A stretch of 64,000 nucleotides of DNA from Spirochaetia bacterium. Lineage in GTDB: Bacteria > Spirochaetota > Spirochaetia > CADAEX01. Location: the NCBI GenBank assembly GCA_963662265.2, contig CAXXHA010000019.1, positions 14,820-78,819 on the forward strand. Reading direction: 5' to 3'. This document shows, in pieces, positions 39,471 through 51,977 of the stretch. The notes below the pieces were generated by a model that worked only from the letters and a program-made list of their open reading frames with translations, was not told the origin of the DNA and ran no database searches. Position 1 is the first letter of the stretch. Every line of letters begins with the position of its first letter. The translations under genes and the position numbers were made by a program.

Positions 39471-41728
39471 TTGAACTCTTCCTCTTTCCGGGTTTTTTCC
39501 CGTTTCCGTTGTTTTGAACTGAATTGCTTTCTGCAAATTCTGTATCAGGATATTCGATACGTGAATGGTAGCTTCCTGCAAGTGTTTTGAGAAATGATTC
39601 AGTTATTATTTCAAGTTCCCTGAATGTCAGCTCACTTTCCGTAATCTGTCTAGTCTCAATTTTAGACATTATTATTTTCCATACAAATTTTTCAAGCTGG
39701 CTCATGGAAGGTTTTTTCAGAGTTCTTACCGAAGCTTCAATATTATCGGCAAGAAGAACTACTGCGGCTTCCCTGCTGACAGGTTTACCTTCAGTGTATG
39801 AATAGTCTTCCGGGGATATTTTAGCCTTGTTTTCGAGTTTAAGAGCCTCTACATAGAAATAAGCTATAAGGCCATTTCCGTGATGCTGGGCAATAATATC
39901 AATGACAGCCTGGGGAAGACCAAGCTCTTTCGCTTTCTCAATACCGATTTTCACATGGGATTTAATTACCGATACAGACATACTTGGCTTAAGGTCATTG
40001 TGTTTGTTGTAGTTTGTCTGGTTTTCAATGAAATATTCAGCCTGATCAATTTTCCCTATATCGTGATAATATGCTCCCGCACGGGCAAGAAACGGATTTG
40101 CACCTATTTCCCTGCAGGCTGTTTCCGCAAGATTACCCACATTTAGCGAATGATTGAAAGTACCCGGTGCCAGGTTGTGCATCTTCTTGAATATTGGATT
40201 GTTGAGATCTGAAAGTTCAATAAGCCTGAACTGTGTCGGGGAATTCAGAACATGCTCTATAATAGGCATTATCCCTAGTACCAGGATGCCTGATACAAAA
40301 CCGTTCAGAAATGCAATACCTGATGATATAAGAGTTGTAGTGAAAGTCTGTTTTAGAAAAAGTGACAGAGATACTATGAAAAATATGCTGAAAAGCCCGA
40401 TTTTCAGGCCGGAAAATATAAGGTCTAATCTTTTTTCGACTTTCTGAACAACAAGAACTCCGGCAACTGCAGTGAAAAGTGAAAAAAGTACGGGAAGCGG
40501 CTGGAAATTGATAACAGGCAGAAGCATGAAACTGGCAATGAATGAAAAATTAATTCCGGCAGCCGGAGAAATTATTATTGCCAGTATTGCCGAGAAAAGA
40601 GGAGCAGGTATTAAAAGGGCAAAGTTGAACCATTCCGGTATTTCAAGAATTTTGAAAAAGAATACAGAATAGATAAGATACAGTTCACCCATTACTATTA
40701 TGAAATATATATCTGCCTTGCTCAGTGTCTTTCTCAGTACCTTTTTTGAAAAAAAGAATGAAGCTGATAAAATAAACAGAGATCAGAAAAAGGAAAATAC
40801 CTGAAACTTTTCTGTAATTTGTGGAAACCACAATATTCCCCATTGCCTTGATCTTATCCATATCTGTTTCTGATATAATAAAACCCTTTTTAACAATAAG
40901 GTCGCCTTTATTGATTTCAAGATAAAGAGGTTCTGCTTCAGAAAGTATCCGTTCCCTTTTTGTTGTTGTTTCCTCGAAATCGTAAAAGCAGTTTTCCACT
41001 GCAAAAACCTTAACAAGTTCAGATACAGTGTCCCTGTCATCACCCTGCAAAGCTGATTCTGATATTATGTATTTATCAATACCAGTCAGGGAGAGTATAT
41101 CTGCAAATCTAATTTCCTCTTTTTCCCTGCTGTTGTTACGCCATCGCCATATTTCAATAATATTGTTTCCCTGATAAAGAGAATTATCACTCTTTACAAT
41201 ATCGACAATTCCCTCTTCCATGACTGATTTTAGTGTGTCAGATGCTATATCAAGGAGAGACAAAACCGAAGGCTTTTCCAGGAGCCTCAAAAAAAGAGAT
41301 CTGCTTATTTCCGGGAAATTCTGTGAAAAAGTATCATAAACAGGGTCAATCCAGTCTGAAGAATAGTTGTTCAGATAAATTTTCTTGAACTGTTCATAGA
41401 AATTGCTGAATCTCATTAATGTTTCATCATTGATTTCCTTGTAAACCTTGAAAACAGGAGTTATATTCTTTTCCAGTTCATAATCCCTTTTAGCCGTGCT
41501 TTTCCTGTCAAGATACTTGAAATCATATTCCGCAAAAATATCACGAACAGCCACCCTTCCTGCTTCATAATCTTTTATTTCACGGTTATAGAGATATGAA
41601 TCAACCTTGAGAAAACCGATAATCAGCAATGCATTAAAAACAGCTGTAGCTATGATCATTGTAAGAATTATCCTGTCTTTCAGGACAATACTGTTTAATA
41701 ATAAATTAATTTTCTTTTTCATAGGCAT
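39463..41728 (-). CDS. 7TM-HD (PgpH/YqfF-type) phosphohydrolase, split by a single extra base at ~40742-40755
   Basis: Extracellular domain, TM helices, then APGTFNHS, YYHDIGK, FIENQ, HHG and LAD. Frames join at TTTTTTT-C-AAAAAA to give KKVLRKTLSKADIYFIIVMGELY. Confidence 0.88.
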
Positions 41729-42671
41729 CTATGATTTTTTTTACCAGAGGATTTCTCATCACATCTTCCGAGGTGAAAAAGGTAAATCCTATTTGTTTGA
41801 TGTTTTTCAGGGTATTCAATGCATGTATAAGCCCTGAATGTTTTTTATTTGGAAGGTCTATCTGGGTAATATCTCCTGTAATGACAGCCCTAGAACCTTC
41901 TCCGATACGGGTCAGAAACATTTTCATCTGTTCCCTGGTTGTGTTCTGAGCTTCATCAAGGATTATATAGGAATCGCTCAAACTCCTTCCCCTCATATAA
42001 GCTAGAGGTGCAATTTCTATCATATTGCTCTCTTCCATTTTCTGAATCATTTCAAAGGGAAGAAGCGCTTCAATTGCATCATACAGAGGACGAAGATACG
42101 GGCTTATTTTCTGAACAAGGTCTCCCGGAAGAAAGCCGAGGCTTTCTCCAGCCTCAACAACCGGGCGTGTAATAATAAGCTTTCTCTTTTTCTTCTGAAG
42201 TATCTCGCTCAATGCTTTTGCAACAGCCAGGTATGTTTTCCCTGTACCTGCAGGTCCTGTTGCAAAGACAATATCGTAATTATTGAATTTTCTTATAAGC
42301 TCCACCTGGTTGACAGAACGGGGAAAAACTTTTCTTGAACTGCCCGGTATTATAAGTTCAAGGTTTTCAATATCGCTTTCATTTTTTATTTTTTCAGAAA
42401 TATTACCGGCGGAAATACCTGAATAAATGCATTTGATGAGATCTTTACCGGGAATCCCCCCTCTTTTTGTATAATCTTCCATTTTTTCTACAATTATTGA
42501 GAATATTTCCCTTTTCGAGGTATCTGTTGAGGATAATAATATTTCATTTCCGTTTGTATATACTTCTGAATCAAGAAGTTCTTCGATAAGTTTTAGATTT
42601 GTATCATTTGAACCGCAGATATCTGTAAGGATAGAGTGGTCTTCAAGTACAATAGAAAATTTTTCTTCCAA
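41706..42671 (-). CDS. phoH: PhoH-family ATPase
   Basis: GPAGTGKT, RPVVEAGESLGFLPGD, LAYMRGR, DEAQN and GDITQIDL. TTG start at 42671 after AAGGA. Confidence 0.95.
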   Translation of the reverse strand: MEEKFSIVLEDHSILTDICGSNDTNLKLIEELLDSEVYTNGNEILLSSTDTSKREIFSIIVEKMEDYTKRGGIPGKDLIKCIYSGISAGNISEKIKNESDIENLELIIPGSSRKVFPRSVNQVELIRKFNNYDIVFATGPAGTGKTYLAVAKALSEILQKKKRKLIITRPVVEAGESLGFLPGDLVQKISPYLRPLYDAIEALLPFEMIQKMEESNMIEIAPLAYMRGRSLSDSYIILDEAQNTTREQMKMFLTRIGEGSRAVITGDITQIDLPNKKHSGLIHALNTLKNIKQIGFTFFTSEDVMRNPLVKKIIDAYEKEN

Positions 42672-42690
42672 TTTAATTCCTTTAAAAAAG

Positions 42691-42720
42691 ATTTTACAAA
42701 TCATTTTTAATTTAAGTCAA
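42691..42720 (-). promoter_or_regulatory. Sigma70 promoter of the phoH operon
   Basis: Minus strand: TTGACT, 18 bp, TAAAAT. Confidence 0.5.
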
Positions 42721-42774
42721 GCGCAAAATCATGACGAATCACGTAAATCATTTTTAATATTTACCAGTTTTTTT

Positions 42775-45700
42775 CTACATATTTATATCATCATCAGTAA
42801 TACTGATATCAGTTTTAATTTCAGGAATAGGATTCCACTGCATCAGTATTGTAAGTTTAGAATCCCATTTCCACTTAGAATTACCTGAATCTTCTGTAAA
42901 AACTTTAGGTTCACCTGTATAATCAAGAGTAAGATCCCAGTCATGGAGATGATGAATTGCCTTGAATTCAATAAGTTTAAGCTTGAAAAATGATTCATAC
43001 CTGTCATTTGTATTGAAAAAATTGAATGATTTAATAAGATCATCTACAGGGTTTACCCATTCTTCACCCATTTCCTCTGCATAAGAAGGTATATATCTGT
43101 ATGTCTTGTTGTTTTCAGATTTTGTATTGAAAGTTATATCAAGGAATTCTGATACATTGAGATCAAATCCCAGGTTGAATACAAGAGCATTTTCTGTAAA
43201 TTTCTGAAGATCCATTTCCCAGGAGGTAGACATATTTGTCTTATACCTGATCCTGTTTTTCCAAATAGGATAAAAATACCTGGAAAAATCTATTTTTGCG
43301 TTGAATTCTGACGGTACAAATTTCTCATTATCTTCCTCCTGCCATCCTGTAGCCTGATCATAATACCAGGGTTTTTTGTATTCAGCCTTGTATACAGAGT
43401 TGAATATCCACAGATTGACAGTTGAAACAAGTTCATCAGGTGTATCTTTCATAAGATCATATTTATAAGTCTGCTTAAGGTATAATTCATCATCATAAAA
43501 ACTGAGCCTGCCTATTGTTTCAGATGTTTCCCAGTTGGTATCTTCAGAATCATATTCAAGTATCTCTTCAATATAGTTATAATCATCATATCCGTATTTT
43601 TCCTTCCACTTGATTGGATCAAAACTCCATACATCTTCTCTTGTCTCTACAGCTTTGACAATTACAGTAGATGTAAGCGGCCCGGTTCTGATTATATTCT
43701 CATTTTCAATTTCCTGAAGAAGCGGAGGAAGAACAGTCCGTACCCTGAAATGCTGAACCTGGTTCCAGTTTGAAAGATACTTGAGATTCATATCAAGTTC
43801 ATTTTCCGTGAAAGATTCCTTGTCCCAGCTGAAGAAACTGTCTTCATAGACTGCATCACCTTCAGGATCTGTGTAATCATATTTTTTCTCGAAAATAATA
43901 GTATCAAGCTGATATTTTATAAATGACTGGTCAAATGCATCATATTTATACAGTGGGTATGAATAAAAAGTTGATTTGTTTTCAAGTTTTGTAAAGGTTG
44001 ATTTGGCATCAGAGTCTTTATAATCCTGCCATGCGGAATCGGAAATATTTTCTCCCCTTGATCTGTGTTCCTTGTAATCATAGGAAAGAACAACATAGTC
44101 ATCGAGTGATAATATATCTTCATAGAAATCAGCATTATAATTAAGCTTTATATTACCGTATGTCCTTAATGTGTCGTAAGACTTGTCAAAATCAACATCA
44201 TCAGGTTCAGTCCAGCTGCTGCTGTCAAGTGTTGTTGCTGATGTTATATTTGGAGAAAATGTGTATGAAAGTGAATGTGAAAAAGGATTTCTGGAATCAT
44301 AAAGCTTTATTTCAAGATTATCAAGAATTTCAGATTCCTGAATATCGCTGTATCCATCAGTCTTTTCAGAGTCATCATTCTCATTTGTTTCCCATGGGGT
44401 TTCAACCTGGTCGCTGTTTTTAATTTCCTCCTCTTCATCAGCCTTGTATTCTTCCGGAAGTTCGGAATTGCTGTAGGTCTTTGAAAAAACTTCGCCAGAC
44501 AAAGTCACGGAAAAGTCAGGGAGTGTATATGTTTCAGGGTAATAAAAATACTGCTCAGGCATGAAATACTCTGTCCTGTTTGAAGGGGGAATATAATCAG
44601 GAAGAGCGGAATCAAGTCCTGTAATTCCTGAAGTGCTTCTGGTTTTGTTTTTCCAGTTCATTGAAAAATCCAGTTTTGTAATATTTACCTCTTTAAGATA
44701 ATCACCGAATAATTCAATTTCAGGATTCAGGGAAAGATGTATTGACCACCATAGCCTGTCTCTGATTCCCTGGAAATCTGTATCATCAGTTTCTTCCTCT
44801 TCTTCCAGGCCAAGCAGCTTGCTCCAGTCAATATATTCTGCCCTGTCGTTGAAATCCCTCAGGAAATATGGATCAGAATAGAGTTCAAAAGATATATCGC
44901 TGTCAAGTGAATTGCTTACAAACCCTGTATCAAGTTCGAAACCAAACCTGAAAGGTATTGTATATTTCAGAAAATTCCCTTCATTCCAGCCGCTTTTATA
45001 ATTACCGTTATCATTTTCATAAAACGGGGAATAATAACCGTCAGAATTTATATAAATATTCCTGCTCCGTCCCAGACCTGCAAACAGTTTTGTCTCTTTG
45101 AGAAAATCGTCTTCTCCCGAATATAACTGAATACCTGAAAAAAGACCGAGACGGGAATAAATATCAAACATGATTTTTATGAAATTATCAGATATGTCAG
45201 ATTCCTTTTTTTTTTCTGTTTTCCGCAGATATATGCCGTTGAGTTCTGTTTCATACTGAACATCATCTTCCGTGAGTGCAAGGAAAGAAAGGTTCTGGCT
45301 GTTGTCAGGCTGTCCCTTTAAATATGTTGTTGTCTGGAAAAAGGAAGCCTGAAGGATCCCGTGAACCGAGAGCCGGGTTAAATACAAGCTTGTCGCCGGG
45401 ATGAAAGAAAAACGGGAAATAAAATGTCGGAATATGTCCGACATATAAAACAGCGTTTTTTATTCCCCATTCTCCCGGGGCAAGCACCCATATTCTCCTG
45501 GCTTTCAGATGATAATATGGATCTTCAGGTTTACTTGATGTGATGCTTGCATCATCGATAATAACTACATCATCATCCGACCTGTAGATTTTTTCACCTG
45601 AATAATAAAATTTAAGATCTTTTTCATCCTGCTGCTTGTCTCTCTCTGAAATTCCCCTGAAAAACATCCCTTCCCAGTTTGTAATATCGAAAGACAGCTT

Positions 45701-46321
45701 TTCACCCTTGAAATTCTCCCTTTCTTCACCGCTTATCCTTGTATAGTCGACATTGCCTGTTGCTGTAATTATATTTTCATCCTGGTTAAAGAGAATCTTA
45801 TCAGTTTTTATGAGGTGGGTAACATTTTTCTTTGTATCATTCATTTCAAGGACAACACTTCCTGAAATTTTGATATATTTTTCATCTATTTTATCAATTG
45901 TAAAATATTCTGTCCTTTCTGCAGATTCTATGGAAAGATATTTTCCGCTGCCTTTTGTACCTTCAGCCTCTTCCTCTTCTTCTGGAAGATCTTTTTTGTA
46001 ATACTCTGCAATTCGGTTTTTTAAATCTTTTTTTGATCCGGATTCGTCTATTCCGAGGTATCTGCACCAGCTTAAAAGATCATAATAATCCGAAGTGTTG
46101 ATATCTGATAAAATTGTTTTTTCAAGAAGAGTCTCTTCCTTTACTTCGTTATCAGAATTACTGTTTGGAACAACGGCAGATCCAGGAATTTCAGAATCCG
46201 CAGGTGAAATATCTTCAGGAATTTCGATGTTTTCATCTTCAGGGATATCCTGGGAAAAGACATTTAGAGCAGGAAAGAAAATTATAATTATAAATACAGT
46301 AAGTATTTTGATAATTTTCAT
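42775..46321 (-). CDS. lptD: LptD-like outer-membrane assembly protein, split by a single extra base at ~45338-45346
   Basis: OstA-like jellyroll N-part (ITSSKPEDPYYHLKARRIWVL...NAVLYVGHIPTFYFPFF). It continues in the next frame as FFQTTTYLKG into a long aromatic beta-barrel ending ...QWNPIPEIK. Confidence 0.8.
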
Positions 46322-46324
46322 AAA

Positions 46325-49141
46325 CTAATTGATAATTTCCCTTAAGAATTTACCTGTATGGGATTTTCTGCATGAAGCAATATCTTCCGGAGTACCAGAT
46401 GCGACAATTGAACCGCCGCCTACCCCTCCTTCCGGGCCAAGATCAATAATATGGTCTGCAATCTTGATGATATCCATGTTGTGTTCAATTATTATCACTG
46501 TATTGCCTTTGTCTGCTATAGCATTTATCACATCTGCGAGCTGCTTGACATCGGCAAAGTGAAGACCTGTTGTGGGTTCATCCAGTATGTAGAGTGTATT
46601 CCCTGTGTTGACCTTTGAAAGCTCGTGTGCAAGTTTAACACGCTGGGCTTCTCCTCCCGAGAGAGTAAGTGCTGACTGGCCGAGTTTAATATAGCCGAGA
46701 CCTACATCGAAAAGAGATTCAAGTTTTCTTTTTATTTTTGGAATATTTTCAAAAAAAGAAAGCGCATCTTCAACAGTCATCTCAAGTACATCATGGATAT
46801 TTTTACCCTTATACCTGATATCCAGTGTATCCCTGTTGAATCTCTTGCCGTGACATACATCGCATGTTATATAGACATCGGGGAGAAAATGCATTTCAAT
46901 TTTTATAGTTCCTCCCCCTTCGCAGTTTTCACATCTACCTCCCTTCACATTGAAAGAGAACCTTCCCGGTTTGAATCCACGTGCCTTTGATTCAGGAAGC
47001 GAGGCGAAAAGTTCCCTTATCGGGGTAAAAAGACCCACATATGTTGCAGGGTTTGACCTGGGCGTCCTACCTATCGGGCTCTGGTCAATATTTATGACCT
47101 TGTCGATATGTTCAATTCCTGATATTGACTTGTATTTTCCTTCCGGGTTTTTGCTTTTATTTATTCTGTTGCTTACAGCAGGGTAAAGAATATCGTTTAT
47201 AAGTGTTGATTTACCGGAACCGGAAACTCCTGTAACAAGGATAAGCTTGCCGAGCGGAAATTCAACATCAATTTTCTTGAGGTTATGTTCCTCGGCTTCT
47301 TTCAATACAATTTTATTGCCGTTTCCTTCTCTCATACCCTCATTTATATCAATAGTCTCAGATCCGGTAAGAAAGCGGCCTGTTATGCTTTTTTTGTTTG
47401 AAAGTATATCATTTATAGAGCCTTCCGCAGTCACCTTGCCGCCATGAACTCCTGCAGCCGGTCCGAGTTCTATTATGTGGTCTGCTGACCTTATAGTCTG
47501 CTCATCATGTTCAACAACAATGAGTGTATTCCCGATATCCCTGAGATGGCGGAGAGTATTCAGAAGCCTTTCATTATCCCTCTGGTGAAGCCCTATTGTC
47601 GGTTCATCAAGGATATAAAGAACCCCGACAAGTGAAGAACCGATCTGGGTGGCAAGCCTTATTCTCTGGGCTTCACCGCCTGAAAGGGTTGAAGCTTTTC
47701 TTTCAAGTGTAAGGTAGTCAAGCCCGACGCTTATCAGGAAATCAAGCCTTGATCTTATTTCCTTGAGTATCTGGTATGCTATCTTTTCCTCTGTATCTGT
47801 AAGCTTTAATGACGCAAACATTTCATAAAGCTTTTTCACAGACATTGAAGTTGTTTCAAATATGTTTTTACCTGATACAGTAACATGGAGGCTTTCAGTT
47901 CTGAGCCTCTTTCCGCCGCATTGAGCACACTCTGCCTGCCTCATAAACCCTTCAAGCCACTCTTTTATACCGCTTGAATAGGATTCCCTGTACCTTCTTT
48001 TAAGGTCATTGATAATACCGGGAAATTTACCGCTGTATTCATAACGGGATGATCTTTCCTTGTTTGAGTAGACAATATCAAGTTCCCTGTCAGTGCCGGA
48101 AAATATCTTCTCCAGCACAGCCGGTTTAATATCCTTTACAGGCGTATCAAGTGTGAAATTATATTCTTCAGCAAGAGCCTCAAACCAGCTCCTGTGCCAG
48201 TTTGAAGTAGGTTTATAGGGTTTAAACCCGTTTTCATTGAAGGAAAGGTCAGGATCAGGAATTATCAGGTCCCTGTCAAATTCCATAGTCATGCCGAGTC
48301 CTGAGCATTCAGGGCAGGCACCTTTCGGGTTGTTGAATGAAAACATTGCAGGTTCGAGTTCAGGTATACTGTAATTACAGTGTGGACATGAATTTTTTAT
48401 AGAGAAAAAATATTCCCTGTCATCTTCTGAATTGTTTATGACAATTACCCTTCCGTCGCCGACTTCGAGTGCTGTTTCAATAGACTCGCTTATCCTTTTT
48501 TTTGAATCATTGCTGTTTTTTATCCTGTCAATGATAATATCAATGCTGTGTTTCTTTTTCTTGTCAAGTTTACTTCTTTCTTCAATATTTACTATTTCAC
48601 CATCAATTCTGGCCCTGATGAAACCGGATTTAAGTGCATCTTCAAGGATTTTTTCATGTTCCCCTTTCCTTCCGGAAACAACAGGAGCAAGTATAATCAG
48701 CCTGGATCCATCCGGAAGTGCTGTAACTGAATCAAGTATCTGGTCTTTCGACTGTTCCTGTATTTCCCTTCCGCATTCAGGGCAATGGGGTTTCCCAATC
48801 CTGGCGAAGAGAAGCCTTAAATAGTCATAAATTTCAGTGACAGTTCCAACTGTAGATCTGGGGTTCCTGTGAGTTGTCTTCTGTTCTATGGAAATTGCAG
48901 GCGACAGCCCCTCTATATAGTCAACATCAGGTTTGTCCATACGGCCGAGAAACTGCCTTGCATAGGATGAGAGTGATTCTACATATCTTCGCTGACCTTC
49001 AGCATAAATTGTATCAAAAGCAAGCGAAGATTTGCCTGATCCGCTCAAACCTGAGATAACAACAAGTTTGTCTCGAGGTATTTCAATATTAATATTTTTA
49101 AGATTATGTTCACGCGCGCCTTTGATTATTATTTTATCCAT
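46325..49141 (-). CDS. uvrA: Excinuclease ABC subunit A
   Basis: GAREHNLK, two Walker A motifs ([16 protein letters not shown]), LSGGEAQR twice, and zinc fingers. Confidence 0.98.
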   Translation of the reverse strand: MDKIIIKGAREHNLKNINIEIPRDKLVVISGLSGSGKSSLAFDTIYAEGQRRYVESLSSYARQFLGRMDKPDVDYIEGLSPAISIEQKTTHRNPRSTVGTVTEIYDYLRLLFARIGKPHCPECGREIQEQSKDQILDSVTALPDGSRLIILAPVVSGRKGEHEKILEDALKSGFIRARIDGEIVNIEERSKLDKKKKHSIDIIIDRIKNSNDSKKRISESIETALEVGDGRVIVINNSEDDREYFFSIKNSCPHCNYSIPELEPAMFSFNNPKGACPECSGLGMTMEFDRDLIIPDPDLSFNENGFKPYKPTSNWHRSWFEALAEEYNFTLDTPVKDIKPAVLEKIFSGTDRELDIVYSNKERSSRYEYSGKFPGIINDLKRRYRESYSSGIKEWLEGFMRQAECAQCGGKRLRTESLHVTVSGKNIFETTSMSVKKLYEMFASLKLTDTEEKIAYQILKEIRSRLDFLISVGLDYLTLERKASTLSGGEAQRIRLATQIGSSLVGVLYILDEPTIGLHQRDNERLLNTLRHLRDIGNTLIVVEHDEQTIRSADHIIELGPAAGVHGGKVTAEGSINDILSNKKSITGRFLTGSETIDINEGMREGNGNKIVLKEAEEHNLKKIDVEFPLGKLILVTGVSGSGKSTLINDILYPAVSNRINKSKNPEGKYKSISGIEHIDKVINIDQSPIGRTPRSNPATYVGLFTPIRELFASLPESKARGFKPGRFSFNVKGGRCENCEGGGTIKIEMHFLPDVYITCDVCHGKRFNRDTLDIRYKGKNIHDVLEMTVEDALSFFENIPKIKRKLESLFDVGLGYIKLGQSALTLSGGEAQRVKLAHELSKVNTGNTLYILDEPTTGLHFADVKQLADVINAIADKGNTVIIIEHNMDIIKIADHIIDLGPEGGVGGGSIVASGTPEDIASCRKSHTGKFLREIIN

Positions 49142-49154
49142 AAATAAGTCCGTT

Positions 49155-50051
49155 CTATTCTACAGGTAATAATAAAGATTCCTTTACCTTCTCAATATAC
49201 ATAGATTTTTTACCGTTTCTAACTATTCTGCCGGAAATATCTCTGTATTTGCCGGAATATCTGCTGCTGCAGATAATTTTCAGAAGACGGAATGTTTCAT
49301 CAGTTTTTTCGTAATTGTGAAGTGTAAGGGAAAGATAAAAAAGATATTTATAAAAACCTGTTGATTCAAGATATTTTCCGCATTTATCAAACTTTTCAGC
49401 ATCCTTTAAAAATGATTCAAGATTTACATAGCTGTACTGAGGATCATATTCTCTCAGGATAAGAAAAGCCTTTGACATTACAGCAGAAACTGCGGGAGTA
49501 AGAAATTTCAAAGAGTTGTTGTCCTGTGAAAGTGTGTAATAATAAGTACCAAGTTCGCCTGAAGGATTTATTATCTCATCTCCGTCAAGACGGTAATAAT
49601 ACATTAACCTGTCAAGACCTATGCTCAGTATTTTTTCAGGAAGCAGTCTCATGTATTCTGTAATTCTTTTTTCAGATGCAGTTGTCTTTATAAGTTCCCG
49701 CATTGTCTTCTGGTAAAGGTTGTGTCGGTTGAGTTTTTTATATACAGAAGCCTTCTGAATAATTATCAGGTTGATGAAATTTTCTGTCAGCAGTGAATCA
49801 CTGAATGATTCAGCCCTCTCATACTGCTTGAGAGCAAGAGGAAAATCTCCCTCGTTTTCGAAAATACGTCCAATGTAGTATTCCGCTTCCGGAAAGTCCC
49901 TTTTTACAGCAGCTTCCCTGAAATACTTGAAAGCTTCGCTGAAATCCCTTGAGTTGTAGAAATTTATCCCCTTCCTGTAGAGAATCCAGTCAGGTTCATC
50001 AGTATTCTGTGAATACGCCGGTACAAGAGTGAATATAAATAATAAAAACAA
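49155..50051 (-). CDS. Exported TPR/SEL1-like protein (start uncertain)
   Basis: Hydrophobic N-terminus; [28 protein letters not shown]. Confidence 0.75.
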   Translation of the reverse strand: MFLLFIFTLVPAYSQNTDEPDWILYRKGINFYNSRDFSEAFKYFREAAVKRDFPEAEYYIGRIFENEGDFPLALKQYERAESFSDSLLTENFINLIIIQKASVYKKLNRHNLYQKTMRELIKTTASEKRITEYMRLLPEKILSIGLDRLMYYYRLDGDEIINPSGELGTYYYTLSQDNNSLKFLTPAVSAVMSKAFLILREYDPQYSYVNLESFLKDAEKFDKCGKYLESTGFYKYLFYLSLTLHNYEKTDETFRLLKIICSSRYSGKYRDISGRIVRNGKKSMYIEKVKESLLLPVE

Positions 50052-50060
50052 ATAATTTTA

Positions 50061-51128
50061 TCAGACTTTTTCCATTTCTTTCCAAAATTCTTCTTCCGCT
50101 TTTTCTTCTGTGGTTTTTTTAATTATCTCACCTTTTCTGAAAATTACAACAGAATTTCCGCTTCCCGTGATTCCGAAATCTGCATCTTTTGCCTCATCAA
50201 GGCCGTTAACTATGCATCCCATAACAGCTACAGTAACAGGTTTCTTTACAGCATTGAGTTTGTTACTGATTTTTGAAAGGAAATTGTGTACATCAAAGGT
50301 TGCCCTGCCGCATTTGGGACAGGAGACAATATTAACGAAATTCTTTTTTATCCCGTAAAGTTTCAGTATTGCTCTGCCAGCTTCAATTTCATCAACTGGA
50401 GGGGAAGAAAGTGAGACTCTTATTGTAGAACCAATACCTTCATTAAGCATTGCCATAATTCCTGCAGTATTTTTTACAATTCCCGGAACAAGAGGACCTG
50501 CCTCTGTTACACCTATATGGAGCGGATATCTGTATTTTGAAGAAAAAATCCTGTTAGCCTCGACTGTAGTGTCGACATCTGAAGATTTAAGGGAAAAAAC
50601 CGCATTTCTGAAATTATATTTCTCAAAAATATCAATTTCCATTTCAGCAGCTCTGATCATTGCTTCAGTCTTGTTTTTTTCATTTTTCAAAGAAGAAGGA
50701 AGTGATCCACCGTTTACACCAACCCTTATGGGTATGTTTTTAGCATCTGCCTGTTTCAGTACCTCTTTAACTTTCCATTCTTCGCCGATGTTTCCGGGAT
50801 TTATCCTGATTTTTGCTATACCTGAACCTTCTTCAAGGCATTTGAGTGCTATTCTATAATCGAAATGAATATCTGCGACAACTGGAACCGGGCTTTTGAG
50901 GGAAAGTTCTGACAGTATTTCCGCTGATTTTATATCAGGAGCAGCAAATCGTATTAAATCACACCCTGCTGCTTTCAATTCTGTGAGTTCTCTTATAATG
51001 TTATCTAATTCTGATTGTGTCAGCCCAAGAAGAGGAGTTTTCCACATAGTCTGAAGGGTAATATCTGAATTCCCGCCTATTATGACTCCTCCTGCATTGA
51101 CTTCATAGGTTTCTGTTTTCTTTATCAT
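50061..51128 (-). CDS. ispG: HMBPP synthase (flavodoxin)
   Basis: ADIHFDY, RINPGNIG, RVGVNGGS, HIGVTEAG, CPKCGR and AVMGCIVNG. Confidence 0.96.
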   Translation of the reverse strand: MIKKTETYEVNAGGVIIGGNSDITLQTMWKTPLLGLTQSELDNIIRELTELKAAGCDLIRFAAPDIKSAEILSELSLKSPVPVVADIHFDYRIALKCLEEGSGIAKIRINPGNIGEEWKVKEVLKQADAKNIPIRVGVNGGSLPSSLKNEKNKTEAMIRAAEMEIDIFEKYNFRNAVFSLKSSDVDTTVEANRIFSSKYRYPLHIGVTEAGPLVPGIVKNTAGIMAMLNEGIGSTIRVSLSSPPVDEIEAGRAILKLYGIKKNFVNIVSCPKCGRATFDVHNFLSKISNKLNAVKKPVTVAVMGCIVNGLDEAKDADFGITGSGNSVVIFRKGEIIKKTTEEKAEEEFWKEMEKV

Positions 51129-51134
51129 TTTATG

Positions 51135-51761
51135 CTACCAGCTAAGTTCTATTATTACAGGTTCTTCTGAAGAGAGAATTTCCGGGATTGTCATTTCAAT
51201 TTCTGCTATATTGTTACGGGCAGTCCCCCTGTTTGTTTCTTTAATATTTGAAGGTGTCTTGATTGTAAATTTAACAGGATAATTGCTGTAAAGATCTGAT
51301 ACAACCTGCATTGTTTCGTTATCAATGTTTCCGCTGTTGCCCTGGTAGAGATTGTGAGTATAGACAGTTTTAGTCAGTCGTTTATCAACAGTAATTAAAG
51401 GTTCTTCTCCGCTTCCTGCAACTGCATTCAATGCATCTATATCTTTGAAAGAGAATTCCGCTGTAATGAAAACTTCCTCTTCATTATCCTCTCTTTTAAA
51501 AGAGATTAGAGTCAGGTTGTTGTTTTCTGTAGCTTTTTCTACAAAATCCTTTCTTTCAAGCGGAAGAGGAAGAAAGCTGCTGTCAGAATCTATTTCAGCT
51601 GTATTAAGGACCATGTTTGAAACACGGTATTTCAGCTTCACAGTTCCTGATTTTTCATCTTTAAATTCAATTTCTGTTTCTATTCCTATACAGGAAACTA
51701 TTGATATTAAAAATACAAATAATAATGTATATTTTATTATTTTTTCTGAAACTTTTACCAA
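51135..51761 (-). CDS. Hypothetical lipoprotein (LppM/DUF3153-like pattern)
   Basis: Lipobox IVSC followed by IGIETEIEFKDEKSGTV; ends in ...IELSW. Confidence 0.7.
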   Translation of the reverse strand: MVKVSEKIIKYTLLFVFLISIVSCIGIETEIEFKDEKSGTVKLKYRVSNMVLNTAEIDSDSSFLPLPLERKDFVEKATENNNLTLISFKREDNEEEVFITAEFSFKDIDALNAVAGSGEEPLITVDKRLTKTVYTHNLYQGNSGNIDNETMQVVSDLYSNYPVKFTIKTPSNIKETNRGTARNNIAEIEMTIPEILSSEEPVIIELSW

Positions 51762-51977
51762 GTTAAATTCTCCTTAATGCTGCGGATAGTGAAAAGTCAT
51801 TACCCGCCATGTATTAAATAACAGGATATATGTGCAAAAACAAAAAATCAATAACAGATTGAAATAAATTATCTTCACATTGGTAAACAAAGTGTTATCA
51901 ACAGGTAAATAATCTGATTTGATTGTTTTTAACATGCATTAATTGCAGATGCCGGGATTAAGAGAAAAACTAATGTT

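Noticed and set aside
51835-51930. Imperfect AT-rich inverted repeat in the mutS2-lipoprotein spacer
   Set aside because: The arms match only patchily in low-complexity sequence; no support for an ncRNA or MITE.
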